A DNA stretch of 64,000 nucleotides from an uncultured bacterium (lineage in GTDB: Bacteria; RBG-13-61-14; CAYWKU01), in NCBI GenBank assembly GCA_964459325.1, contig CAYWKU010000001.1:158040-222039 (forward strand), written 5' to 3'. The notes under the pieces were generated by a model. The model ran no database searches. It was not told where the DNA came from and was given only the letters and a program-made list of their open reading frames with translations. Below are positions 1 through 8,679 of the stretch, one piece after another. The stretch's first letter is position 1. Each line of letters opens with the position of its first letter. The position numbers were made by a program, and so were the translations under genes.

Positions 1-125
1 AATGGATGAATCAGGAAGAGAGGGAAGAGGTGAAGAGGGTATTCAACGACTTCGAGTTGGAGCGGGATATTTGACTTAGAAGAAATTTCGGCGGCGTGGG
101 ATATAAACCCACATCTGAATGTGAG

Positions 126-494
126 TTATTCCTCTCCCTCTTTTTCGGAAGTATCCTCGTCGGAAGGGGCTTGTTTTCCGGGAGTCTTCCGACAATACTC
201 TGATTTAAGAGCTTTCATCCGCACATCTTGCCCCGTCTCGTTCCCGACATTTTCGACCCTTATAGCCTCCGACGAGGATTGAGCTTTGACTTCCTTCATG
301 GAAAGGCCGAAATGTGAGCCGATAAGAAACGAGAGCGCTATTATAAGCGCCAGGGCAATAAAGCCGGAACCGATTATGAATCTCTTATGGTGTGTTCCCT
401 CCGCGGCCGGATTGATTGCGCCCGGGAGCGCCCTTCCGACCTTCAAGATTTTTCCGACGCTTTTTCCCGACAGGGAAACTCGCCGATTGTTCAC
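126..494 (-). CDS. hypothetical small membrane protein
   Basis: 122-aa ORF with one hydrophobic helix (GFIALALIIALSFLIG); no recognisable family. Confidence 0.3.
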   Translation of the reverse strand: MNNRRVSLSGKSVGKILKVGRALPGAINPAAEGTHHKRFIIGSGFIALALIIALSFLIGSHFGLSMKEVKAQSSSEAIRVENVGNETGQDVRMKALKSEYCRKTPGKQAPSDEDTSEKEGEE

Positions 495-634
495 TCGATT
501 TATAGCTTCGATGTTTAATCATGATAATGGATAACACAAGTGTCCTTATAGTCTTAATCATGCTTATTTTCCCGGTATTTATCCCGTGATAGCACCGTGC
601 AGCCTCGAGAGGCTCATGTTATCATGAACAAAAA

Positions 635-1648
635 ATGGGCAGTCTACTCAAAATAGGGGACCTGGAGCCGGCTAATAACCTTGTTTCGGCCCCCATGGCC
701 GGGATATCCGACGCCCCGTATCGTTATCTCGCCTCGAAGTGTGGAGCCGGGTTGACTTTCACCGAAATGGCCTCCTCCAGGGGTATGATTCAGGGGGACC
801 CTAAAACCCGGCGCCTGGCGAGTTCGTACCCGGAAGCGAAGCCCTACGCTGTTCAGATTTTCGGAGAAGACCCCGGTATCGTGTCGAGGGCCGCAGGGGT
901 GGCCGCAGCTTTGGGAGCGGACGCAGTGGATTTGAACGCCGCGTGCCCGGTGAAGAAGATAGTCAAAAGCGGAGCGGGCGCGGCGCTTTTGAGGGACCTG
1001 CCGCTTCTGGGACGAATACTTCGAGGGATGAGAAAAGTACTGGATGTGCCCGTGACGGTCAAAATCCGCTCCGGTTGGGACAAGAGCAATCTTTTGGACA
1101 CGCAAGTCGCCCGGTTGGCTCGGGATGAAGGGGCGGATGCGATTTCCCTGCATCCCCGCGCCGCATCTCAGGGGTTTTCAGGAAGCGCGGACTGGGTGCG
1201 TATTGCCGGAGTGGTGCAGGCCGTTCCGGATATACCTGTGATTGCCAGCGGCGATATAACCGGCCCCGCCTCGGCTCTCGATGTTATCAAGAGGACGGGC
1301 GCCGCCGGAGTGATGATAGGCCGGGCGGCGATGGGAAATCCCTTTATTTTCCGGGAAACAGCGGCGGCGCTGGAAGGAAAATCGCTTCCCCCTGCACCTG
1401 ATTATGCCGAAAGATGCCGTGTGGCGCTGGAACATTTCGACCTGATGCTCGCCTGGTATGACCGTCGGAACGCCGTGGCCTTGTGGAGGAAGCACCTTTG
1501 CTGGTACGTTAAGGGTGTAGCCGATGCGGCCAGGTTGAGGGAGGAAGTTTTCAGGGTGTGGGACGAGAGCAAGCTGCGCCTGATGACCCTTGATTTTTTC
1601 AATATGAAGGAGGAAGACATCGCTGAAAAAAGGAGTGTGACGGTTTGA
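635..1648 (+). CDS. dusB: tRNA-dihydrouridine synthase (Dus family, DusB-like)
   Basis: N-terminal PMAGISDAPYR motif and TIM-barrel Dus signature (CPVKKIV, KIRSGWD); 337 aa; ATGA overlap with the next gene. Confidence 0.85.
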   Translation: MGSLLKIGDLEPANNLVSAPMAGISDAPYRYLASKCGAGLTFTEMASSRGMIQGDPKTRRLASSYPEAKPYAVQIFGEDPGIVSRAAGVAAALGADAVDLNAACPVKKIVKSGAGAALLRDLPLLGRILRGMRKVLDVPVTVKIRSGWDKSNLLDTQVARLARDEGADAISLHPRAASQGFSGSADWVRIAGVVQAVPDIPVIASGDITGPASALDVIKRTGAAGVMIGRAAMGNPFIFRETAAALEGKSLPPAPDYAERCRVALEHFDLMLAWYDRRNAVALWRKHLCWYVKGVADAARLREEVFRVWDESKLRLMTLDFFNMKEEDIAEKRSVTV

Positions 1649-3030
1649 ACAACGATTCCAAACCCGGGATACTTATAGCCGTGGCCGACAGCGGGATTCG
1701 CGATTCACTGGTGGATTCTTTAGGCGGCGTTTATGATGTGCGTACCGTGGACAACGCGGCTCACATTCTCGACCTGCTGGAGGAAGGCGCCTACGAGATA
1801 GCTTTCCTGGGGTGGGGAATGCCCGGACTCTCCCTCCCGGAGCTTATGGAGATATTGAGCGATAAGCGGCTTCGGGTGAAAGTGGTGATGGTGGCGGGCG
1901 AGGCCGAAAAGCATCTCAGGGCCGATGCAATAGACGCCGGCGCCGAAGCGGTGTTGGTATCGCCCTTCGACCCGCGCGAGGCCGTTGCTGTCGCTCAGAA
2001 GCTCACGCGTCGCGGCGAAGAGCTTGCTTTCGTTAAAAATTACATCGAAAGGGAAAAAGCGCGCCTTCTCGAGTATCTCGGGGTTATTGACCAGCCCGTA
2101 AAAGTGGCCGTTGACAGGGCCATGTCTCTGGTGGAAAAAGAGGCTCCCGTGTTGTTCAGGGGGGAGCCCGGCACGGGTAAAGGAATTCTGGCAAAAGCCA
2201 TGACAATGGCCGGGCCGAACCCGCTGGGGCCGTTTGAAGTATTTTCCGCAAGGGGTAAGGAGGAACGGGAGATTGAAAATGCCCTTTTCGGGGGCGGAAG
2301 CGACGCCGGTCATATAGCTAGGGCCAAGGGTGGTGCGATTCTGTTGCACGGTGTAGGGGAGTTGTCCCGGCGACTCCAGGACAGAGTTTACAGGTCAATG
2401 GACTTTTTATGGGGAGAGTTGAGGTTTCTTTTTGCCACCCGTCTTGACCTGCACGGCGCGGTTTTGAGGGACGAGTTTCACGAGGAGTTGTGGAAGGCGG
2501 TGGAAAATAACGTAGTCTCCCTGCCGCCCCTTCGGGAAAGGCCCGGAGCGGTGGAGGAGCTTGCGGTGCGCATTGTAGAGAGGTATTCCGAAAGGATGGG
2601 CTCCGCCGTAACGGAAATACACCCCTCCGCCATGCGGCTATTGGAAGATTACCCGTGGCCGGGAAACCTGGAGGAGTTGGAAAAGGTTTTGGCCCTGGCG
2701 GTAAGCCGTGCTACCGACTCGGTACTTCTTCCCGATGACCTCCCGTTTGTTTCCGCCTCCCGCTCGGCGGGGGAGTTGAGGGACGTTTCGCTGGAGGAGG
2801 CGGTGGCGGCCAAACTGGCGCCACTGGTGGACACGCTGGACGACCTGCCCGAAGGGGAACTTTACCGGCTTATCCAGTCCAAGATGGAGCGCCCCCTTTT
2901 CCAGCTTGTGCTCAAAAAGCTCGGAGGCAACCAGGTAAAGGCCGCCAAGGCTATGGGCATTCACCGGAACACCTTGCGCAAAAAGCTCAGAGAATTGGGC
3001 ATAACTCCGAAGTCCCCGGTTCTCAAGTAA
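1645..3030 (+). CDS. NtrC-family (sigma-54 activator-like) DNA-binding protein with pseudo-receiver and degenerate AAA+ domain plus Fis-type HTH
   Basis: Walker A GEPGTGKG is present. GAFTGA is replaced by SDAGHIA. Walker B DE is replaced by HG (ILLHGVGEL). The receiver phospho-Asp position is Gly (FLGWGMPG). The C-terminal GNQVKAAKAMGIHRNTLRKKLRELGI matches a Fis/NtrC HTH. LPPLRER and WPGN motifs are retained. Confidence 0.75.
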   Translation: MNNDSKPGILIAVADSGIRDSLVDSLGGVYDVRTVDNAAHILDLLEEGAYEIAFLGWGMPGLSLPELMEILSDKRLRVKVVMVAGEAEKHLRADAIDAGAEAVLVSPFDPREAVAVAQKLTRRGEELAFVKNYIEREKARLLEYLGVIDQPVKVAVDRAMSLVEKEAPVLFRGEPGTGKGILAKAMTMAGPNPLGPFEVFSARGKEEREIENALFGGGSDAGHIARAKGGAILLHGVGELSRRLQDRVYRSMDFLWGELRFLFATRLDLHGAVLRDEFHEELWKAVENNVVSLPPLRERPGAVEELAVRIVERYSERMGSAVTEIHPSAMRLLEDYPWPGNLEELEKVLALAVSRATDSVLLPDDLPFVSASRSAGELRDVSLEEAVAAKLAPLVDTLDDLPEGELYRLIQSKMERPLFQLVLKKLGGNQVKAAKAMGIHRNTLRKKLRELGITPKSPVLK

Positions 3031-3082
3031 AATTTTCCGGCTTTGTCTCCGCCGGGGGCGGGGGTGATATGACAGCAGTGGA

Positions 3083-4399
3083 ATGACCGGTTATAAGAAA
3101 TATAAGAGCGCCGAATCCGGTGATTCCTCCCACAGCGGAGGGATTGTGTACGGGGGGTTCGATACAGGGACAGGCCGGTACGACCTTGGAGTGCCCGGGT
3201 TGGTGGCCGAGTGCATAGAGGAGATGTACCACTCCACCGGGGTTGAAGTGGCGCAGCGGGACAGATTGCTCCCGGCGGGGATAATAGCCGGAATAATCCT
3301 GGGCTTCGGTTTCGGTTTTCATCCCGCCGGCATAATTTACGGGCCTATCGGAGCTGCGTTGGGAGTGATATTCGGTGCTGCAGGCGGTTTTGTGGTTGGA
3401 TTGGCGCTTACTACGCTCGGAGAGCCGTGGTTGAAGCCACGGGCGCAGATGCTGCGGCAGGTGAAAAAGGGTAACTTCCGGAGCGCTTTAATGTCCCTCG
3501 GGCGCGCCGGGTTCTGGATATTTCGCGACCGCAATCCTTTCGAAAGGCTGACCCGCCTGCTGGTTTCCCCCCTCGGGTTGGGAAGTCCTGATTTGCCGCC
3601 GGACATAGCCGCCGCAAACCTGGTGGCGGTTGAGGGAGTGTTGGCGGAAAGCGTGGGCGACGTCGAAGAGGCCGTGAATTCATACCTGGCGGCTCTACAT
3701 TTATGGCCTCGACACACCTTTGTACTGGCCAGCGTAATGGAGTTGCTCATAAGGGAGGAAATTTACGACAGGTTGCAGGAGGTAGTCGAGGCCGCACACC
3801 GCTACCTGGACAGGGCAAGAGACCCCAGGTTGGTCAGGGCGGTGAACGACCACCTGGATTCTCTCAAGGACTCCTTTCAAAAGAGGGAAAAGCGCTCCGA
3901 GTTTAAAATGCATGAGCCGGAAATGGCTTATTTAAAGGAAAGGGTGGAAAGGGAGCAACCCTCATGCAACTTGGTTGAAAACCCCGGCAGCCAGATAACC
4001 AACGGCCTTTTGATAGTTGGAAGCTCCGGCGAGGAAAAAACCCTCAAGCTGGCGGCCATGCCGTTTCACCTGCTTCTTTTCCTGGCTGAGGCGATGAAGG
4101 AAAGCGCTCACCGGTATGGGGAAGACTCCTCCCAGGCGGGGTGGGTGAGCATACAGGAGTTGCTGGAAAAACTGCCATGGACCACGCCTAACGTAACCAA
4201 CTCTAACGTTCACAAACTGGTGTACAAAGTGAGAAATCAGATCGAGGACGCGGGTTTGGACAGGAATCTGGTGGAGGAGAACCTCAACGGCTGCTATCGT
4301 TTGAGTACGCCGTCTGAAAAAATCGAAATCCGCAGGTTTGACTCCGGGGTCGATGGCGCCAAACCGGAAGCGGTGACCGAATATGGGTTGAGGAAATGA
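3083..4399 (+). CDS. membrane-anchored protein with glycine-zipper TM segment and C-terminal OmpR/PhoB-type winged-helix DNA-binding domain
   Basis: Gly-rich hydrophobic region AGIIAGIILGFGFGF...GAAGGFVVGLAL. The C-terminus VHKLVYKVRNQIEDAGLD...NGCYRLS resembles the trans_reg_C wing. A 4-bp overlap with the downstream Memo gene. Confidence 0.5.
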   Translation: MTGYKKYKSAESGDSSHSGGIVYGGFDTGTGRYDLGVPGLVAECIEEMYHSTGVEVAQRDRLLPAGIIAGIILGFGFGFHPAGIIYGPIGAALGVIFGAAGGFVVGLALTTLGEPWLKPRAQMLRQVKKGNFRSALMSLGRAGFWIFRDRNPFERLTRLLVSPLGLGSPDLPPDIAAANLVAVEGVLAESVGDVEEAVNSYLAALHLWPRHTFVLASVMELLIREEIYDRLQEVVEAAHRYLDRARDPRLVRAVNDHLDSLKDSFQKREKRSEFKMHEPEMAYLKERVEREQPSCNLVENPGSQITNGLLIVGSSGEEKTLKLAAMPFHLLLFLAEAMKESAHRYGEDSSQAGWVSIQELLEKLPWTTPNVTNSNVHKLVYKVRNQIEDAGLDRNLVEENLNGCYRLSTPSEKIEIRRFDSGVDGAKPEAVTEYGLRK

Positions 4400-5619
4400 G
4401 CGAGGAAGAAAACCCCCGGCTCAGGCCGATTCTGTTTATGAAAACCAAGATGGAGGGCAAGGACTATATCCTCGCTCAGGACCGGACGCGCCAGGCTCAG
4501 CCGGTGTTGTTGCCCTCGGCACTGGAGCCGATTTTACGGCTACTGGACGGAAATCATTCACTCCGGGATATCCAGATGGAGCTTACCCGCGCACAGGGAG
4601 GGCAACTGGTTTCTTTCGACGAAGTAAAAAATATCGTGGAGCAGCTGGACAGCCACATGCTCCTGGACAGCGAGCGTTTCAGGGAGACTCAGGAGCTGGA
4701 GCGAAGGTTCTGGGAAGGGTGCAGGTTGAGGAAACCCTTTCATTCGGGACAGGCGTATCCGGATGACCCGGATGAATTGATGAAGATGCTCGACGGTTTT
4801 TACTCCGGTCTCGACTCCGACCCTGTTATCCGGGAGGGTGAGTTTGTAAGGGGCCTGCTGGCTCCACATATTGACATAAGGAGTGGCGGACCGACGTTCG
4901 CGCGAGCTTACCGGGAGCTTTCGGGCGAGCCGCGCGCCGGGCTTTACGTGATACTGGGAACGGCCCACGATTATACTCCCGGGCCGGTGAGCATAAGCCC
5001 CAAGGATTACCTTACCCCTCTTGGCGTGGCAAGGACGGACAATGATTTCATAGACAGGCTGGCTTGTAAGTATAATCCGGACTGGCTTATGGACGATACT
5101 TCCCATAAGACCGAGCACAGCATAGAATTTCAATTGATTTTCCTCCAGCACCTGTTGGGTTCAGGAGACATGCCGCCGGTTGTGCCGGTGCTGGCGGGAG
5201 GATTTTCCGAGTATGTAGAAGGCGGCTCGAGCCCGGCCGATGACGAGAGAGTCGCTCGCTTCATAGAAGCATTCAAGGAAACTGCCGAAGAAGACGGGCG
5301 GAAGATTACTTACATAGTGGGAGGCGACCTGGCTCACATAGGTCCCCGTTACGGCGATTCACACAAGGTGTTGCCCGATGACATCAAAACGTGTTCGGAA
5401 AAAGACATGCAAATGCTCGAAAAAGCGTGCGAAGGGGCCGAGGAGTTTTTCGAGTGCGTCGCCGGGGAAGGTGACCGACGCAATATATGCGGAATGCCGC
5501 CGCTTTATCTTATGCTAAAGCTGATTGACGGGGCAAAAGGCGAAATCATCAGCAATTCCCACTGGTTCGACGAATCCACCGGGAGCGCCGTTACTTTCGC
5601 CGCCATGGTATATAAATAA
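4396..5619 (+). CDS. MEMO1-family protein (AmmeMemoRadiSam system protein B-like) with an N-terminal extension of about 130 aa
   Basis: Motifs GLLAPHIDIRSGG, VILGTAHD and GGDLAHIGPRYGD are typical of Memo/LigB-type dioxygenase-fold proteins; 407 aa versus about 270 for typical Memo. Confidence 0.7.
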   Translation: MSEEENPRLRPILFMKTKMEGKDYILAQDRTRQAQPVLLPSALEPILRLLDGNHSLRDIQMELTRAQGGQLVSFDEVKNIVEQLDSHMLLDSERFRETQELERRFWEGCRLRKPFHSGQAYPDDPDELMKMLDGFYSGLDSDPVIREGEFVRGLLAPHIDIRSGGPTFARAYRELSGEPRAGLYVILGTAHDYTPGPVSISPKDYLTPLGVARTDNDFIDRLACKYNPDWLMDDTSHKTEHSIEFQLIFLQHLLGSGDMPPVVPVLAGGFSEYVEGGSSPADDERVARFIEAFKETAEEDGRKITYIVGGDLAHIGPRYGDSHKVLPDDIKTCSEKDMQMLEKACEGAEEFFECVAGEGDRRNICGMPPLYLMLKLIDGAKGEIISNSHWFDESTGSAVTFAAMVYK

Positions 5620-5633
5620 AACGGGGCGGGAGT

Positions 5634-6434
5634 TCAGTCCCTGATAATTCTTACCAACTCCTGGGTAAATTCGGGTCTCCCGGGGGTAAGTGCCCCGAAT
5701 TCGGCGATAATTCTGACCGGTCGGTGGGGGGCGGACTTTTGGTACCACACGGTAAACTCCGGCAGCACCCGAGTCAGGAGTTGCCCCAGCATTCCCCTTG
5801 GCTTGACCATGTTTTCCTTATCCACCGCCACCTTTACCTTCCAGGTTTCCAGTTCCTTCCACGGTACTTTCAGGCGTTCCTCTTTTTCCACCTTCACCTT
5901 CACCGCCGTGGGCGTTCCTTCCTGGGTGTAAATATGCAGCGAAGTCTTTTTGCCTTTGGCGAAATTGAAACCGGTTAAAGCAAACGGCACGCTGACCAGG
6001 TGAATAGTATCGGGAGGAAGTTGATAGAAGGAATCACCAAACCACGATTCTTCGTGGTAGTATTTCTTCCCCATAGGCGTATATTTGTCCAGTGTGTAGC
6101 CGAGATGTCGCACAGCTTGGGAGTTTCGGCGGTACTTAAATACCCATACCTGCTTGGCGCCGTCCGAACGGATTTCCCGGCAGGTGTGGATTATTCTCTT
6201 TTCGTCATTCCCGTTTTCTTCGATGGAGAATGAGTGTTCGGAATGAATCAGTTTTGAGGGGGTCAGAAAGCTTTTGCCGTGTATTTTTTCCTTTACCCGG
6301 TAGACATAAGTCTCGTCCGGCGACAGGATAGGTGGAGTCAACGTTTTGACGGAAGTTTCGGGATAAGCGGGGGAAAAAGCGAAAGTAAGGGCCATGACGG
6401 CGGTTATGATTATGCATGCCTGTAGTTTGCTCAT
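5634..6434 (-). CDS. secreted hypothetical protein
   Basis: Start placed at MSKLQACIIITAVMALTFA (signal peptide) with ATGA overlap to the upstream SCP2 gene. The longer ORF to 6596 is a basic-residue artefact. Confidence 0.45.
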   Translation of the reverse strand: MSKLQACIIITAVMALTFAFSPAYPETSVKTLTPPILSPDETYVYRVKEKIHGKSFLTPSKLIHSEHSFSIEENGNDEKRIIHTCREIRSDGAKQVWVFKYRRNSQAVRHLGYTLDKYTPMGKKYYHEESWFGDSFYQLPPDTIHLVSVPFALTGFNFAKGKKTSLHIYTQEGTPTAVKVKVEKEERLKVPWKELETWKVKVAVDKENMVKPRGMLGQLLTRVLPEFTVWYQKSAPHRPVRIIAEFGALTPGRPEFTQELVRIIRD

Positions 6435-7051
6435 GAAGCCCGGTGCGTCCAGTCGCCGATAAGTATACTGCCGATTTCCATTGCGAATCTTATGTCGCCC
6501 ACCATGTTGATTTTTCCGGACATGAAAGCGCTCTGAGGGTTGAGCTCCCCTTTTCTCATGGCGGAAGCGTCTTCTTCGTTTATGGAAATGACGCAATCAG
6601 GCTCGGTATGGACTTGTTCCCCGAAAACAGCCGTAATGCCCCAGTCGCCCTTGTCGGGATTTGTCAGCACAAATTTTATGGAGCCGTTTTTGGTTTTCAG
6701 TTTCTCCACGGTTTCCTGGGAGATAAACTCGGTCACCCCCTCGTCGGTATCACCCGGCAGGCGGAATTTAAATCCCCTTTCACCGGTTATAGAACTTCGC
6801 CAGTCTTTTGTGTCCTGCACGATTTTTACGACGCAGTCCGGATTTTCACCCGGTGTACATTTCATCTCATCTCCGTTGAAAGCGATACTCCAGGCGCCAC
6901 CTTCTTCCCCTTCCAGCCTGAAGGTTATACAGGTTTTGATTGGTTTTGTGCCGGCGGGCAGGTTGGCCTTGTTTTCGCGGAAAGTTTCCGGCAATAGCTC
7001 GGTAAAAAAATGCTCCGGCGTTATATCCGGTGGTATCGTTTTGTCATTCAT
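6431..7051 (-). CDS. SCP2 sterol-carrier-like domain protein
   Basis: 206 aa; the C-terminus MSGKINMVGDIRFAMEIG resembles the SCP2 fold. Confidence 0.4.
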   Translation of the reverse strand: MNDKTIPPDITPEHFFTELLPETFRENKANLPAGTKPIKTCITFRLEGEEGGAWSIAFNGDEMKCTPGENPDCVVKIVQDTKDWRSSITGERGFKFRLPGDTDEGVTEFISQETVEKLKTKNGSIKFVLTNPDKGDWGITAVFGEQVHTEPDCVISINEEDASAMRKGELNPQSAFMSGKINMVGDIRFAMEIGSILIGDWTHRAS

Positions 7052-7090
7052 TAGATTTGCTCCGATTAAACGCGGCGCCGAGCGCCCGGT

Positions 7091-8032
7091 TCACGTTCCC
7101 CATTTTTCGTTGAGATATTTTTCGGCGGCCAGGGCCGCCCGGGCTCCTTCTCCCGCCGCTATTACTATCTGGCGGTACTTGGGATTAATCACGTCCCCAG
7201 CGGCGAAAATGCCCGGCACGTTGGTTTGCAAGTCTCCGTCCACTTTGATGAATCCCTTCGAGTCCTTGTCCACGGTGAATCCCAGCCATTCGGATATCGG
7301 CCTGTGTCCAATGTAGATGAAAACGCCTTCGACGGCAAGGTTTCTGGTCTCATGGGTCAGCACATCCTCCAGCTCGATGCCCTCTACCGTCTCGGAACCG
7401 TATATGCTTTTCACAATAGAGTTCCACTGGAAGGAGATTTTTGAATTGGCGAAGGCCTTTTCCTGGTATATTTTCACCGCCCTCAGTTGTTCCCGGCGGT
7501 GGATGATGCAGACTTCCTTCGCGAATTTAGTCAGGTAGAGTGCTTCTTCAATGGCGGAGTTTCCGCCTCCCACGACCGCCACTTTCGCATCCTTGTAGAA
7601 AGGGCCGTCGCAGGTGGCGCAGGCGCTTACCCCGCGCCCCCAGAACTCGTCCTCCCCCGGCACTCCCAGCTTAATCGGAGCCAGGCCGGGCGCCGCTATC
7701 AGCGTCTTACCCCTGATTTCTCCGGCGTCGGTTTCGAGTATTTTCATGCCACCTTCCACCCGAACGCCTTTGACATCGGCGTTTTTTATCTGGCCGCCGA
7801 ACTCGGTCGCCTGGTCCCTGAATCGCGTGGAGAGCTCGAATGCTTCCACTCCGCCGGGAAAGCCCGGGTAATTTTCAACCCGCTCGGTATAAGCCACGTT
7901 GCCGCCCATCATGCCCTTTTCAATAATCAAAGATTTGAGGAGCGACCTCGAGTTGTAAATTGAAGCAGTCACGCCGGCGGGACCGCCGCCCACTATCATT
8001 ACATCCCATATGGTTTCCGTCGCATCGCTCAT
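7091..8032 (-). CDS. trxB: thioredoxin-disulfide reductase
   Basis: FAD site GGGPAGVTASIY, redox CATCDG motif and NADPH site VVGGGNSAIEEALYL. Confidence 0.9.
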   Translation of the reverse strand: MSDATETIWDVMIVGGGPAGVTASIYNSRSLLKSLIIEKGMMGGNVAYTERVENYPGFPGGVEAFELSTRFRDQATEFGGQIKNADVKGVRVEGGMKILETDAGEIRGKTLIAAPGLAPIKLGVPGEDEFWGRGVSACATCDGPFYKDAKVAVVGGGNSAIEEALYLTKFAKEVCIIHRREQLRAVKIYQEKAFANSKISFQWNSIVKSIYGSETVEGIELEDVLTHETRNLAVEGVFIYIGHRPISEWLGFTVDKDSKGFIKVDGDLQTNVPGIFAAGDVINPKYRQIVIAAGEGARAALAAEKYLNEKWGT

Positions 8033-8071
8033 TTTCCTTACGCTCCTATTGATAGAGATTTAACCCGCGTT

Positions 8072-8671
8072 TCAGGCGGTTTCTAAATTTTCGAGCATGG
8101 ATTGAGCTTTCCGATAGGCCGACTCGAGCGCTTCCGGATGCTTTTTCACCGCACCTTTTTCATCGAGGCGGTTGTAGAAAATTTCGTCGGTGTTATCGAT
8201 TTCCAGGACATCGTAAAAGTATCTCATGGTCAGCCTTATGGAATCGAACATCTTATCGCTGCGCGAGCCTCCCACTGCTATGCAGATTCCCGCGCTGTTT
8301 TGTTTGCCTTTAGGCCTGTTGGTCAGGTTGAGCACGTATTTGCGTGCCCACAGGGTCTGGCAGCGGTCTATGACCATTTTAGCCCATGCGGATACACTCA
8401 TAAAATATATGGGCGTGGCGAAAATGAGCAAGTCGGAGTCGAGCATTTTTTCCATGAGCGGCGGGAAGTCGTCGTTTATCGCGCAAACCCCCTTCTTCTC
8501 GCAATAACCGCATGCCCGACACGGGGATATGTTCCGCTCGTACACCCTCACGTACTCCACTCCCGCCCCGGACTTACGTGCTCCCTGCATGGCCTGCTTT
8601 GCCAAGAGGTCGGAGTTTCCGTCCTTGCGGGGACTCGAGCTTATCACCAGGGTTTTCAAATGATAAACCAT
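8072..8671 (-). CDS. iron-sulfur flavoprotein / NADPH-dependent FMN reductase family
   Basis: Flavodoxin-like N-terminus LVISSSPRKDGNS with a Cys cluster CRACGYCEKKGVC. Confidence 0.65.
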   Translation of the reverse strand: MVYHLKTLVISSSPRKDGNSDLLAKQAMQGARKSGAGVEYVRVYERNISPCRACGYCEKKGVCAINDDFPPLMEKMLDSDLLIFATPIYFMSVSAWAKMVIDRCQTLWARKYVLNLTNRPKGKQNSAGICIAVGGSRSDKMFDSIRLTMRYFYDVLEIDNTDEIFYNRLDEKGAVKKHPEALESAYRKAQSMLENLETA

Positions 8672-8679
8672 GTCGTTCC

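Noticed and set aside
644-1153. Antisense and shadow ORFs inside larger genes (for example 644-1153, 1720-2349, 18845-19933, 27915-28637, 31105-31971, 54610-55494, 55549-56313)
   Set aside because: Arg/Pro/Gly-rich translations are typical of the opposite strand of GC-rich coding DNA. Each is fully contained in a well-supported gene.
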